Positions 1-9,471 of a stretch of DNA of 22,584 nt are shown piece after piece. Location: NCBI GenBank assembly GCA_027622665.1, contig JAQBYT010000051.1, positions 1 to 22,584 of the forward strand, read 5' to 3'. Position 1 is the stretch's first letter. Every line of letters begins with the position of its first letter. The notes under the pieces are model-generated. The model was given only the letters and a program-made list of their open reading frames with translations. It did not search any database and was not told where the DNA came from. Source of the stretch: Verrucomicrobiota bacterium (GTDB taxonomy: Bacteria > Verrucomicrobiota > Verrucomicrobiia > Opitutales > Seribacteraceae). The translations under genes and the position numbers were made by a program.

Positions 1-189
1 TTGATCAACCGCATCGGTGTGAAAACTATCCATCCCAAACATTCACAATCTTGTCATTGCGAGGAGCGCCAGCCACGCGGCAATCCAGCCCGAACCGTCG
101 CCCACAAGCATCGACCGCCACCATGCATACGCACCTCGGACCACCCGCTGTCATTGCGAGCCACAAAGTGGCGCGGCAATCCAGCGGAA
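1..189. repeat. Direct repeat copy 1 (~190 bp; may extend upstream of the window)
   Basis: 1-189 matches 479-667 (both start TTGATCAACCGCATCGGTGTGAAAACTATCC) with only a handful of substitutions/indels; offset 478 bp. Confidence 0.95.
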
Positions 190-268
190 CCGAGTGTAAC
201 TCGCGGCTACCCGCACTCCCCCTGGATTGCCGCGTCGGGCCTCAAAGAGACCCTCCTCGCAATGACAA
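51..268. repeat. REP/RPE-like palindromic element cluster (TGTCATTGCGAG...GCGGCAATCCAG family), MITE/REPIN-like
   Basis: Forward units at 51-88 and 149-184, inverted unit at 222-268. 51-66 TTGTCATTGCGAGGAG is the exact reverse complement of 253-268; 75-88 ACGCGGCAATCCAG is the exact reverse complement of 222-235. Two units have internal mini-hairpins (GCCAC-AAA-GTGGC; GGGCCTC-AAA-GAGACCC). Confidence 0.85.
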
Positions 269-332
269 AGTCATATTATATCATAGAGAGGGTATAACGA
301 GGAATATACCGAGTGGAAAAGATCTCTTCCCC

Positions 333-440
333 CTTCGTGATCTTCATGCTCTTCACGGTCAATGCTTTCCGTTCTTCGGACCGCTGAGGCAAGAACCATC
401 CTGCCAACACTTTCACCATAAAGTCCATGAAGAAAAGAAG
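333..440. repeat. Second short repeat family (ACCRTGAAGAGCATGAAGATCACGAAG-like), degenerate inverted pair
   Basis: The reverse complement of 333-359 (ACCGTGAAGAGCATGAAGATCACGAAG) aligns with 415-440 (ACCATAAAGTCCATGAAGAAAAGAAG); 9-bp internal GAAG periodicity. Confidence 0.55.
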
Positions 441-478
441 GAATGGACGTTGAACACCACATCACCATTGGCAAGCAA

Positions 479-667
479 TTGATCAACCGCATCGGTGTGA
501 AAACTATCCATCCCAAACATTCACAATCTTGTCATTGCGAGGAGCGCAAGCCACGCGGCAATTCAGTCCGAACCGCCCCCACAAGCATCGCCCGCCACCA
601 TGCATACGCACCTCGGACCACCCCCTGTCATTGCGAGCCACAAAGTGGCGCGGCAATGACAGCGGAA
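479..667. repeat. Direct repeat copy 2, with two more REP-like units (529-566, 625-662)
   Basis: Near-identical to 1-189; the last unit forms the hairpin CTGTCATTGC...GCAATGACAG, 33 bp beyond the panE stop. Confidence 0.95.
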
Positions 668-695
668 TAAGCAGTATCGAAAGAATCCCCCGGCC

Positions 696-1631
696 CTACT
701 TGCAAATTGAGAGAAGTTCGCCGTGTAGCTTGTGAAGCTCGGGCATGGGAACTCCCGCAGTTTCCCCGCGACGCAACGGCTCGCCCCAGATCGCATCGAC
801 TTCCACTTCGAGCCCGGCGAGGAAATCGATCAGACTTGAGGGCTTGTAGGCGTCCATCGGCTCGGTGAGAGTGAACTGCAGATCGAGAAAACTGTCCTCG
901 ATCTCCACCCCATGAGGAGTTGCCGCGGCCTGCAACTCCTCCATCAGAGAGCGAGCACGCCCGCCAAGCTCCGGATCTGCCAAAATCCGGTCCGTGGTTA
1001 TCCCGCCGGCGACAACGGAAAGACCGTTGAAAGGTATGTTCCAGCACAGCTTTTTCCATAGAGCCTCGTCAAGGGAGACGGCCTCGCGAGCGTCCACTCC
1101 TGCCTCGGCAAAGGCATCCATGATCTCGCGACCCTTACTGGAAAGCGATTGCCCGACTTGACCGAACTGTACGTATCCCGGAAAAATGCTTTCCACCACC
1201 GTGCTCGATGTGCGGTTTATGCAGGTAAAACACAAGCCGCCCACAATCGTTCGATTATCTCCGAACAGCTCGGCAAGGCGTTCTACGTTTCCCATACCGT
1301 TCTGGAGAGTGAGCAGACTGGTGTTTTCATCGACCAAGGGAGCAAACATTTCACCAAGTCGCGAATTCGCGGTCGCCTTCGCCGCGACGATCACCCAATC
1401 GCAAATGCCTATATCGGAAGAATCCCGATAGGCTTGCAAGGGTTCCACAGGTAAACTTTCGTTGGATGCGTGGAGAGCGAGAGTCAGACCGTCGCGTACG
1501 ACGTCCTCGTAAGTCGAGCGGAACAAAAAGCGCACGTCCGCACCTGCCCTTGCGAGCATCCCTCCGTAGAAACCTCCCACCGCACCCACACCGACCAAAG
1601 CGACCTTACCCGCCTTCGAACAAGCGCTCAC
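696..1631 (-). CDS. panE: 2-dehydropantoate 2-reductase (ketopantoate reductase)
   Basis: Rossmann GVGAVGG; motifs AAKATAN, LQNGMG, LWKKLCWNIPFNGLS, YKPSSLIDF..EVDAI. GTG start overlaps the nadB TGA (GTGA, 1628-1631). Confidence 0.92.
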   Translation of the reverse strand: MSACSKAGKVALVGVGAVGGFYGGMLARAGADVRFLFRSTYEDVVRDGLTLALHASNESLPVEPLQAYRDSSDIGICDWVIVAAKATANSRLGEMFAPLVDENTSLLTLQNGMGNVERLAELFGDNRTIVGGLCFTCINRTSSTVVESIFPGYVQFGQVGQSLSSKGREIMDAFAEAGVDAREAVSLDEALWKKLCWNIPFNGLSVVAGGITTDRILADPELGGRARSLMEELQAAATPHGVEIEDSFLDLQFTLTEPMDAYKPSSLIDFLAGLEVEVDAIWGEPLRRGETAGVPMPELHKLHGELLSICK

Positions 1632-3238
1632 GATCTCATTGGCTCAACCAAAACAGTTTCTGCAGATTCCGCCTTGTCGGGATAGTCCAAGGTGTAGTGC
1701 AGTCCCCTGCTCTCTTTTCGGCGAAGTGCCGAGCGCACGATGAGCTCGGCCACGCAGACTAGGTTGCGCAACTCCAATAAGGGCAAGTCCACCTTGGCAT
1801 TCCAATAGTATTCGTTGATCTCGTGCGACAGGTTCCGAATCCGCGAGCGAGCCCGCACCAATCGTTTGGTGGAGCGGACGATGCCGACGTAATCCCACAT
1901 CGTGCGCTTGAGCTCATCGAGGTTGTGGGCCAGAACTACGCGTTCGTCCGATGCGGGCACGTCCCCGTCCACCCACTCGGGCAGAGAGAACTGCGGCCTT
2001 TTCATTTCCGCCAAGTATGCATTCACCGCTACAGCCCCACGAAAGGCAAGCACCACCGCCTCCAGCAAGGAATTGCTGGCCAAACGGTTGGCTCCGTGCA
2101 GCCCCGTGTAGGCCACCTCGCCGCAGGCGTACAATCCCGGCATCTCGGTGGAGCAATCAAGCCCGGCGGGAATCCCGCCGCAGGAATAATGGGCTGCGGG
2201 CACGACGGGGATGCGTTCCCTTACGGGATCGACCCCGCGCTTAAGGCAGTTCTCGTACACGGTCGGAAAGCGATCCGGAAAATCAATGCTCATTGCCGGC
2301 GTATCTAGCCATAGGCAGGGAGCCCCCGAACGTTTCATCTCCCGGTCGATGGCTCGCGCCACAATGTCGCGAGGGGCAAGGTCGGCCAGCGGGTGATACT
2401 TACCCATGATGGGTTTTCCGTTGCCGTCCACCAGCTTGGCCCCTTCGCCTCGAACTGCCTCGGTGATGAGGAACCGATCCGCCTCAAGCGAGTGAAAGGT
2501 GGTGGGATGAAACTGAATGAACTCGAGGTTGGCAATGGACAGGCCGGCGCGGGAAGCCATAGCAACCCCATCTCCCGTGGCGATGGACGGATTGGTGGTG
2601 TAGAGGTAGGTTTGCCCCGTCCCTCCCGTTGCCAACAGGATGGCTCGAGCAGCCACGGTGCGGACGGCGTCGGAGCTCGCATCGTAGGCATATAGCCCAA
2701 GGACGAAATCCTCATCCCCCTTGCCCTCGACCTTGATTCCCAGCTTGCGAGCCTTGCGGGCAGTGATCAGATCAATGCCGAAAAGATGCTCGTGAATTTC
2801 CACGCCTTGACGCTCGATTGCCGCGAGCAAGGCTTCCTCGATCGCCTTGCCCGTCATGTCTTTGACATGAAGTACTCGGCGTTCGCTGTGGCCCCCTTCC
2901 CTTCCCAAAGAGATTCGACCGTCGTCCAGACTGGTGAAGGCGACTCCGAGCTCGGCGAGGTCATCGATTCGGGCGGGACCGTCACTCAGGACTTCGCGTA
3001 CGACTTGCGCATCGCAGAGCCCGTCACCAGCCTCCAAAGTGTCGGACACGTGCTTCTCCAAATCGTCTCCTGCAGAGGTGACGGCAGCAATTCCGCCTTG
3101 GGCGTAATTCGTATTGGACTCGGCCTTGTCCTTCTTGGTGAGGATCGCAACGCTGTGCCCGGCCTGAGCTACCTTCAGGGCGAAGCTGAGGCCGGCGATT
3201 CCACTGCCGACAATGACCAAGTCGTATTCCGCTTTCAT
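1628..3238 (-). CDS. nadB: L-aspartate oxidase
   Basis: DLVIVGSGIAGL FAD motif; SNTNYAQGGIA, REGGHS.RRVLH, EFIQFHPT, LITEAVRGEG, LAPRDIVARAI, PAAHY.CGG, GLHGANRLASNSLLE, ESRGLH. Start placed at ATG 3238 (MKAEYDL) rather than 3304, which would overlap panC. Confidence 0.95.
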   Translation of the reverse strand: MKAEYDLVIVGSGIAGLSFALKVAQAGHSVAILTKKDKAESNTNYAQGGIAAVTSAGDDLEKHVSDTLEAGDGLCDAQVVREVLSDGPARIDDLAELGVAFTSLDDGRISLGREGGHSERRVLHVKDMTGKAIEEALLAAIERQGVEIHEHLFGIDLITARKARKLGIKVEGKGDEDFVLGLYAYDASSDAVRTVAARAILLATGGTGQTYLYTTNPSIATGDGVAMASRAGLSIANLEFIQFHPTTFHSLEADRFLITEAVRGEGAKLVDGNGKPIMGKYHPLADLAPRDIVARAIDREMKRSGAPCLWLDTPAMSIDFPDRFPTVYENCLKRGVDPVRERIPVVPAAHYSCGGIPAGLDCSTEMPGLYACGEVAYTGLHGANRLASNSLLEAVVLAFRGAVAVNAYLAEMKRPQFSLPEWVDGDVPASDERVVLAHNLDELKRTMWDYVGIVRSTKRLVRARSRIRNLSHEINEYYWNAKVDLPLLELRNLVCVAELIVRSALRRKESRGLHYTLDYPDKAESAETVLVEPMRS

Positions 3239-3261
3239 GGGTTGTCCCGTTAGGAGCGAGA

Positions 3262-4107
3262 TTAAAGCATAACGTTGTCGATAAGGCGAACCTCGTCTAT
3301 CCACGCGGCCACAACAATCATTGAACGTCCGGGCTCTACTTTCGCTTCGGTTTTCATGTTTTCACGATTCACCACCTCGACGTAATTCAGGCGCACACAG
3401 CGCCCGCTAGTCAAAATGCCGGTGACCTCGGACTTGATTCGATCCACATTTCGGATTCCCTTGTCGTCCACGAGGGATTTCCCGGCGAACAAGGATCGGG
3501 AAATCAAAAGGGCGTCCTCTCTTTGGCGCGGGTCGAGACAGGCGTTCCTCGAACTCATGGCCAACCCGTCTTCATCTCGAATCGTAGGAGCGACCACGAT
3601 TTCAATCGGAAAATTCAAATCCACCACCATTCGGCGAATGACGACGGCTTGCTGGGCATCCTTTTGGCCGAACACGACGAAATCGGGTCTACACAGGTTG
3701 AATAACTTTGCACAGACGGTGGCGACCCCTTGAAAATGGGCTGGCCGGGAAACTCCGCAAAGGTCGGCCGACACTGCAGTTTCTTTGACTTGAGTGGAAT
3801 GGCCGGCTGGATACATTTCCATCTTCGAAGGAACAAAGACAATGTCGACGCCATGTTCCTCGCACATCTTCAGATCTCGTTCGAGGTCGCGCGGATAGCG
3901 TTCCAGATCCTCGCCGACACTGAACTGAGTAGGATTCACGAAAATCGACACAACGGTGATGTCGGACTTGGCCTTAGCCACCTCAACGAGGGAGAGGTGC
4001 CCGGCGTGCAGGTATCCCATAGTGGGAACGAAACCGATCAGCTTACCCTCGGTCCGCAGACCGATGGAGTTGGCCTGCATCTCATTTGCGGAGCGTAGGA
4101 CTTGCAT
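3262..4107 (-). CDS. panC: Pantoate--beta-alanine ligase (pantothenate synthetase)
   Basis: GFVPTMGYLHAGHLSL, SIFVNPTQF, YPRDLERD, SRPAHFQGV, FGQKDAQQ, DGLAMSSRN, RLIDN. Confidence 0.97.
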   Translation of the reverse strand: MQVLRSANEMQANSIGLRTEGKLIGFVPTMGYLHAGHLSLVEVAKAKSDITVVSIFVNPTQFSVGEDLERYPRDLERDLKMCEEHGVDIVFVPSKMEMYPAGHSTQVKETAVSADLCGVSRPAHFQGVATVCAKLFNLCRPDFVVFGQKDAQQAVVIRRMVVDLNFPIEIVVAPTIRDEDGLAMSSRNACLDPRQREDALLISRSLFAGKSLVDDKGIRNVDRIKSEVTGILTSGRCVRLNYVEVVNRENMKTEAKVEPGRSMIVVAAWIDEVRLIDNVML

Positions 4108-4128
4108 GAAGAGAGGAAGTCGGTTCGA

Positions 4129-5637
4129 TCAATAGGCCAGTGCGAATACCACGCGACGCGGACTTGGGTTGCCGCTGAAGATACAAGTACCCGACTCACC
4201 TTCCCCTTGAGGGATGCAACGCACGGTAACTTTCAGGTCGTTCTTCACCTGCTCCTCCCACTTGACGTCGCCATCCCAGTGGACCATGGCAAAGCCACCC
4301 TGCGCTCCTGTATCAGCAGCGGAGAAAAACTCATAGAATTCCTCCTTGGAATCAATTTCGCGAGTATTCTCTTCTCGAAACGCCAAGGCCCGTTCAAAAA
4401 GCTTGTCTTGGATGTCCTGTAACATGTCGGGCAAGCGACCGAGAAAATCTTCACGGGGCATGCCCTCGCGTCCCGAACGTCCAACATCTCGACGACCGAC
4501 GAAAGCGGAATCACTTTCCAGATCGCGTGGACCGACCTCCAAGGTGACAGGAACTCCTTTCTTTATCCACTGCCAATATTTTTCGCCGCCACGGAGATCG
4601 CGATCATCCAGTTCCACCCGAACGGGCGAACCAGCATAAGAGAGAGAGCCTATTTCCTCCACCAGTTTTCGACAATAATCCAGAACCTGTTCACGCGATT
4701 CTTCTTTCGGCGTGACGGGTAATACGACGACCTGCGAGGGGGCCACCTTCGGCGGGACGACCAAGCCGTCGTCGTCTCCGTGACACATGATCATACCGCC
4801 GATAAGGCGAGTGGAGACTCCCCACGAAGTGGTCCACCCCAGCTCCTCTTTGCCCTGCTCGTCTTGAAATTTGATGCCGCAAGCCTTCGAGAAGTTCTGA
4901 CCGAGGAAGTGGGAAGTACCAGCCTGCAAAGCCTTGCGATCCTGCATCATGGCCTCGATGCAGAGAGTGACTTCGGCTCCGGGGAATCGTTCGTTCTCGG
5001 TTTTCTCTCCACGCAGTACGGGCATGGCCAACCACTCCTCGGCGAAAGTGGCGTAGAGATCGAGGATCAATTCCATTTCCCGTACGGCATCCTCCGATGA
5101 AGCATGGACGGTATGCCCTTCCTGCCATAAAAATTCCGCTGTGCGGAGAAAAAGGCGTGGTCGCATTTCCCAACGCACCACGTTCGCCCATTGATTAATA
5201 AGTAAAGGCAGGTCGCGATAGGATTGTACCCAGCGAGCAAACAGCTCACCGATGATCGTCTCCGAAGTGGGTCGGACGATCAGAGGCTCGTCAAGTTTTC
5301 CGGCGGGTTGGAGCTTGCCGTTCTCGTCCGCTTCCAGTCGTGAGTGAGTGACCACGGCGCACTCTTTGGCAAACCCATCGACGTGCTCCGCCTCCCGTTG
5401 GAGCAAGCTCAACGGGATAAAGAGCGGGAAGTAGGCGTTCTTGTGGCCAGTGGCCTTGAACATGGAATCCAAGGTTTCTCGAATGTTCTCCCAAATGGCG
5501 TAGCCCCACGGCTTAATCACCATGCATCCGCGAACAGGAGTATTCTCCGCCAAATCCGCCGACTTGATTACTTGTTGATACCACTCGGGGTAATCCTCTT
5601 CCCGTGTGGGTGAAATTGCAGTTCGTTTCTTGCCCAT
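4129..5637 (-). CDS. proS: Proline--tRNA ligase, archaeal/eukaryotic-type (no INS editing domain)
   Basis: WYQQVI, VRGCMVIKPWGY, RPTSET, NQWANVVRWE.RPRLFLRT.EFLWQEGHT, ALQAGTSHFLGQNF, TSWGVSTRLIG, EVGPRD, C-terminal RCIP...CI...FALAY. Confidence 0.97.
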   Translation of the reverse strand: MGKKRTAISPTREEDYPEWYQQVIKSADLAENTPVRGCMVIKPWGYAIWENIRETLDSMFKATGHKNAYFPLFIPLSLLQREAEHVDGFAKECAVVTHSRLEADENGKLQPAGKLDEPLIVRPTSETIIGELFARWVQSYRDLPLLINQWANVVRWEMRPRLFLRTAEFLWQEGHTVHASSEDAVREMELILDLYATFAEEWLAMPVLRGEKTENERFPGAEVTLCIEAMMQDRKALQAGTSHFLGQNFSKACGIKFQDEQGKEELGWTTSWGVSTRLIGGMIMCHGDDDGLVVPPKVAPSQVVVLPVTPKEESREQVLDYCRKLVEEIGSLSYAGSPVRVELDDRDLRGGEKYWQWIKKGVPVTLEVGPRDLESDSAFVGRRDVGRSGREGMPREDFLGRLPDMLQDIQDKLFERALAFREENTREIDSKEEFYEFFSAADTGAQGGFAMVHWDGDVKWEEQVKNDLKVTVRCIPQGEGESGTCIFSGNPSPRRVVFALAY

Positions 5638-7059
<1,422 letters not shown>

Positions 7060-7193
7060 CCAAGAATTGATTGCGGGTTCGAGGGGTTCGAAGCAAGTGA
7101 AAATTCACGCCACAAACGATGTGGCAGGATAGAAGCAATTCTTTGCTTCAGAGTCCCCTTTCACTCACTACCTGCCTCGGATACGGCCATCCA

Positions 7194-8393
7194 ATGAAGA
7201 TCACTACTGCCAACATCACTCCATACCCGGAGGAAATAGAGCAATGGTGGTGGAACCAGTCGATCGATAAGTGGCCTGACATAGGAGAGGCTAAGATTCT
7301 TCGCTTTCTCCAAGAGGAAATCGTCACCCAAAGCGACCGTTTCAACAAGGAACGTCACTTCACTCCCAAAAGCTATGGATCGCGCGACCTATCGATTCTC
7401 GCCTACGGAAACTTTTACTTTCCTCGAACATGGACTCATCTGAGTTACGTTCTCGCAGAAGCCTTGGATCTTCGCGAATGGACTCCACCACGCAAGGGTC
7501 CATTGACGATTCTGGATCTTGGCTGCGGTTCCGGTGCTACGAGCCTTTCGGCGCTTCGAACGCTTCGTGACCGTGGCATTGAAAACCCAATCGAGCTCCG
7601 GGCAATCGACTACTCGGGGAAAAGCCTGGACTACTTCCGAAACCTGCACAGTGGGCTTTACAAACTATGGCCGGGATCGAAGATAGAAACCAAACGCACC
7701 GACCTATGCAGTGACATTCCAAACAGGCACGGAGCCAAATACGACCTAATCCTGCTCGGGTCGACTTTGAACGAAATCATTCCCGAGGATGAACCCGAAA
7801 TTTATGCAAGGAAGCTGGGAGATGTTGCATCCCTATTGAAACCGAGTGGCTTCCTAGTAGTCATGGAACCCGCTCTAAAGGAAGGCTGTCGGCGTCTTCA
7901 GAAAGCCGCAGCAATGCTTGCCGAAGTTAGACGGATCCATCTACACGCCCCCTATTTCAACGGGAAGGGTTGCCCCTTGGTTAACGCGGACTCGCCTTTC
8001 CATAGCCACGAAGTTCGCTCGTGGAAAGTTCCTCAGGTTGCGAAAAAAATCAACGAGCCACTTGGTCTCAATTTGGTCGACCTCAAGTTTGGCTTCGTTC
8101 TTCTGTCTAAAAAACCTCCGAGGCAATTTGACGCAACACACGCAATTTTTCGCTTGGTCTCACCTGTCAGCAAGAGAAGAGGACTATACTTTTTCGTAGG
8201 CATAGCCGCCGAAGGCTCGGAGCGAACATATGAGATCCAAACTCGCGACTTGGAATCGGGAGATCGCGAGCTCGTGGAAAGCTTGCAAAGAGGCGATATA
8301 CTTGAGCTCAAGGAACACTTGCCGCTAGGCGATGGAAAACGCATTAGGATTCCGAACGCCCGTGCGATCAAAACGCTTTTTGCTCCGCGTTAG
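7194..8393 (+). CDS. Class I SAM-dependent methyltransferase, Rsm22/METTL17-like
   Basis: ILDLGCGSGA (motif I), YDLILLGSTLNEI, GFLVVMEPA, HAPY...GCPL, KFGFVLL, RLVSP..KRRG match the Rsm22-family layout. Probable ATG at 7194 (alternative 7119). Stop overlaps the convergent lpoB-like stop (TTAG, 8390-8393). Confidence 0.75.
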   Translation: MKITTANITPYPEEIEQWWWNQSIDKWPDIGEAKILRFLQEEIVTQSDRFNKERHFTPKSYGSRDLSILAYGNFYFPRTWTHLSYVLAEALDLREWTPPRKGPLTILDLGCGSGATSLSALRTLRDRGIENPIELRAIDYSGKSLDYFRNLHSGLYKLWPGSKIETKRTDLCSDIPNRHGAKYDLILLGSTLNEIIPEDEPEIYARKLGDVASLLKPSGFLVVMEPALKEGCRRLQKAAAMLAEVRRIHLHAPYFNGKGCPLVNADSPFHSHEVRSWKVPQVAKKINEPLGLNLVDLKFGFVLLSKKPPRQFDATHAIFRLVSPVSKRRGLYFFVGIAAEGSERTYEIQTRDLESGDRELVESLQRGDILELKEHLPLGDGKRIRIPNARAIKTLFAPR

Positions 8394-9013
8394 AAACCGA
8401 TCGCTCCCCGACGTCCCTGCTTGGTAATCAATTCACGCCCGAACCAAACCCCGGTCCCGGCATCGAGTTCGGTGAGGGTGAGCAAAAAGTAGAAATCCTT
8501 TTGGGTGACCTTTTCCACGCGTGACGTTTCCTCTATAATCTTCCCCGAAAGCGAATAGTACGGTCGTGGCCGATTGAACTTGGGATCGCCAGTAAGCTGA
8601 AACTTCTTCCTCACATCTTGGGCGTACTCGTCGGCACCGATGCCTCCGGGTCCCTCGGTGGTCGAAATCTTTACCCGGTTACTGGCAAGCAGGTCTCGTT
8701 TCATGCCCTGAAGCAGCAAATCCGTATCGAAATAGGTCTGGGTGTCATTCCGGACTTTACCAATGTGCAAGACCGCAGGCTGAACGGGAGCCTTTGCCAA
8801 TGCACCGCTCGTAAACAAGTCCTGAAGCAGTTTGTTCGCCGCGCGGGTGAAGTCCTGTGCGTTGATCTTATCTAGGTTCACGAGACCTTTTTCGCTGCCG
8901 TCGTCGATGTAGCGAGCATCGGCATTGCGCCCCACCGGACTACGGGGACCACAGGAGGTAAAAGATATTGCCGTGAACAGAGCTAGGATAATGGTAATTG
9001 CTGTAGCTTTCAT
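8390..9013 (-). CDS. lpoB: LpoB-like (penicillin-binding protein activator family) lipoprotein
   Basis: Lipobox FTSC after a hydrophobic signal; V.NDTQTYFDT, YSLSGKI, Y.LTLTELD.G.GVW as in the LpoB/CsgG-like fold; adjacent to YcfL and COG3014 genes. Confidence 0.7.
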   Translation of the reverse strand: MKATAITIILALFTAISFTSCGPRSPVGRNADARYIDDGSEKGLVNLDKINAQDFTRAANKLLQDLFTSGALAKAPVQPAVLHIGKVRNDTQTYFDTDLLLQGMKRDLLASNRVKISTTEGPGGIGADEYAQDVRKKFQLTGDPKFNRPRPYYSLSGKIIEETSRVEKVTQKDFYFLLTLTELDAGTGVWFGRELITKQGRRGAIGF

Positions 9014-9036
9014 TTGCAGGTCTGATTCAATTCGTG

Positions 9037-9471
9037 TTACTTGTGTTTTGCCTTCTGTATCTTGATCCGAAAATTGCTCGCATGGGGAGTCGTGGCCACC
9101 GACTGGATAGCAGCGGTTTCACCTCCCCGAATGCGAAGTGGTAGCCAGACGGCGGAAGAATCGTTGATTACTATGCCGTCGGCGTTCATCCACTCGATCT
9201 TGTAATTAATGCGACAGTCAGCACCTTTCAGGTTACGAACGTTGGCCTGAATTTTCAGGAGGTCCTCATTGACGGTCGTTTGGTTGATGCTGGCAATCTC
9301 GAGATCTCGCGCAAGCGAACCGCCCATCTCCACACGCTTGAGGTCAGGTTGATTGCTTTTGTCGTTGGGATCGTTCTTGCCGGCGCTGATGACGGGGTTG
9401 TTGCAACCCGACCAAAAGACGGCGAACACAAGCGCACTCGATAATGATAACACAGAATGGATTTTTTTCAT
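9037..9471 (-). CDS. ycfL: YcfL/DUF1425 family lipoprotein
   Basis: Lipobox WSGC; YKIEWMNADG...W.P..I.GGE...IQSVAT.P.A..FRI.I. ATG overlaps the upstream TGA (ATGA, 9468-9471). Confidence 0.8.
   Translation of the reverse strand: MKKIHSVLSLSSALVFAVFWSGCNNPVISAGKNDPNDKSNQPDLKRVEMGGSLARDLEIASINQTTVNEDLLKIQANVRNLKGADCRINYKIEWMNADGIVINDSSAVWLPLRIRGGETAAIQSVATTPHASNFRIKIQKAKHK

Noticed and set aside
1..670. CRISPR array or small CDSs (1..297, 51..482, 443..670, 271..516)
   Set aside because: Repeat units vary in length and orientation, spacers are duplicated, and there are no cas genes. The ORFs are translations of the palindromic repeats (CHCEER, SLRA) with no protein-family features.
3239..3304. 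N-terminal extension of nadB in the ORF track
   Set aside because: Overlaps the panC 3' end; the FAD-binding motif begins right after ATG 3238.
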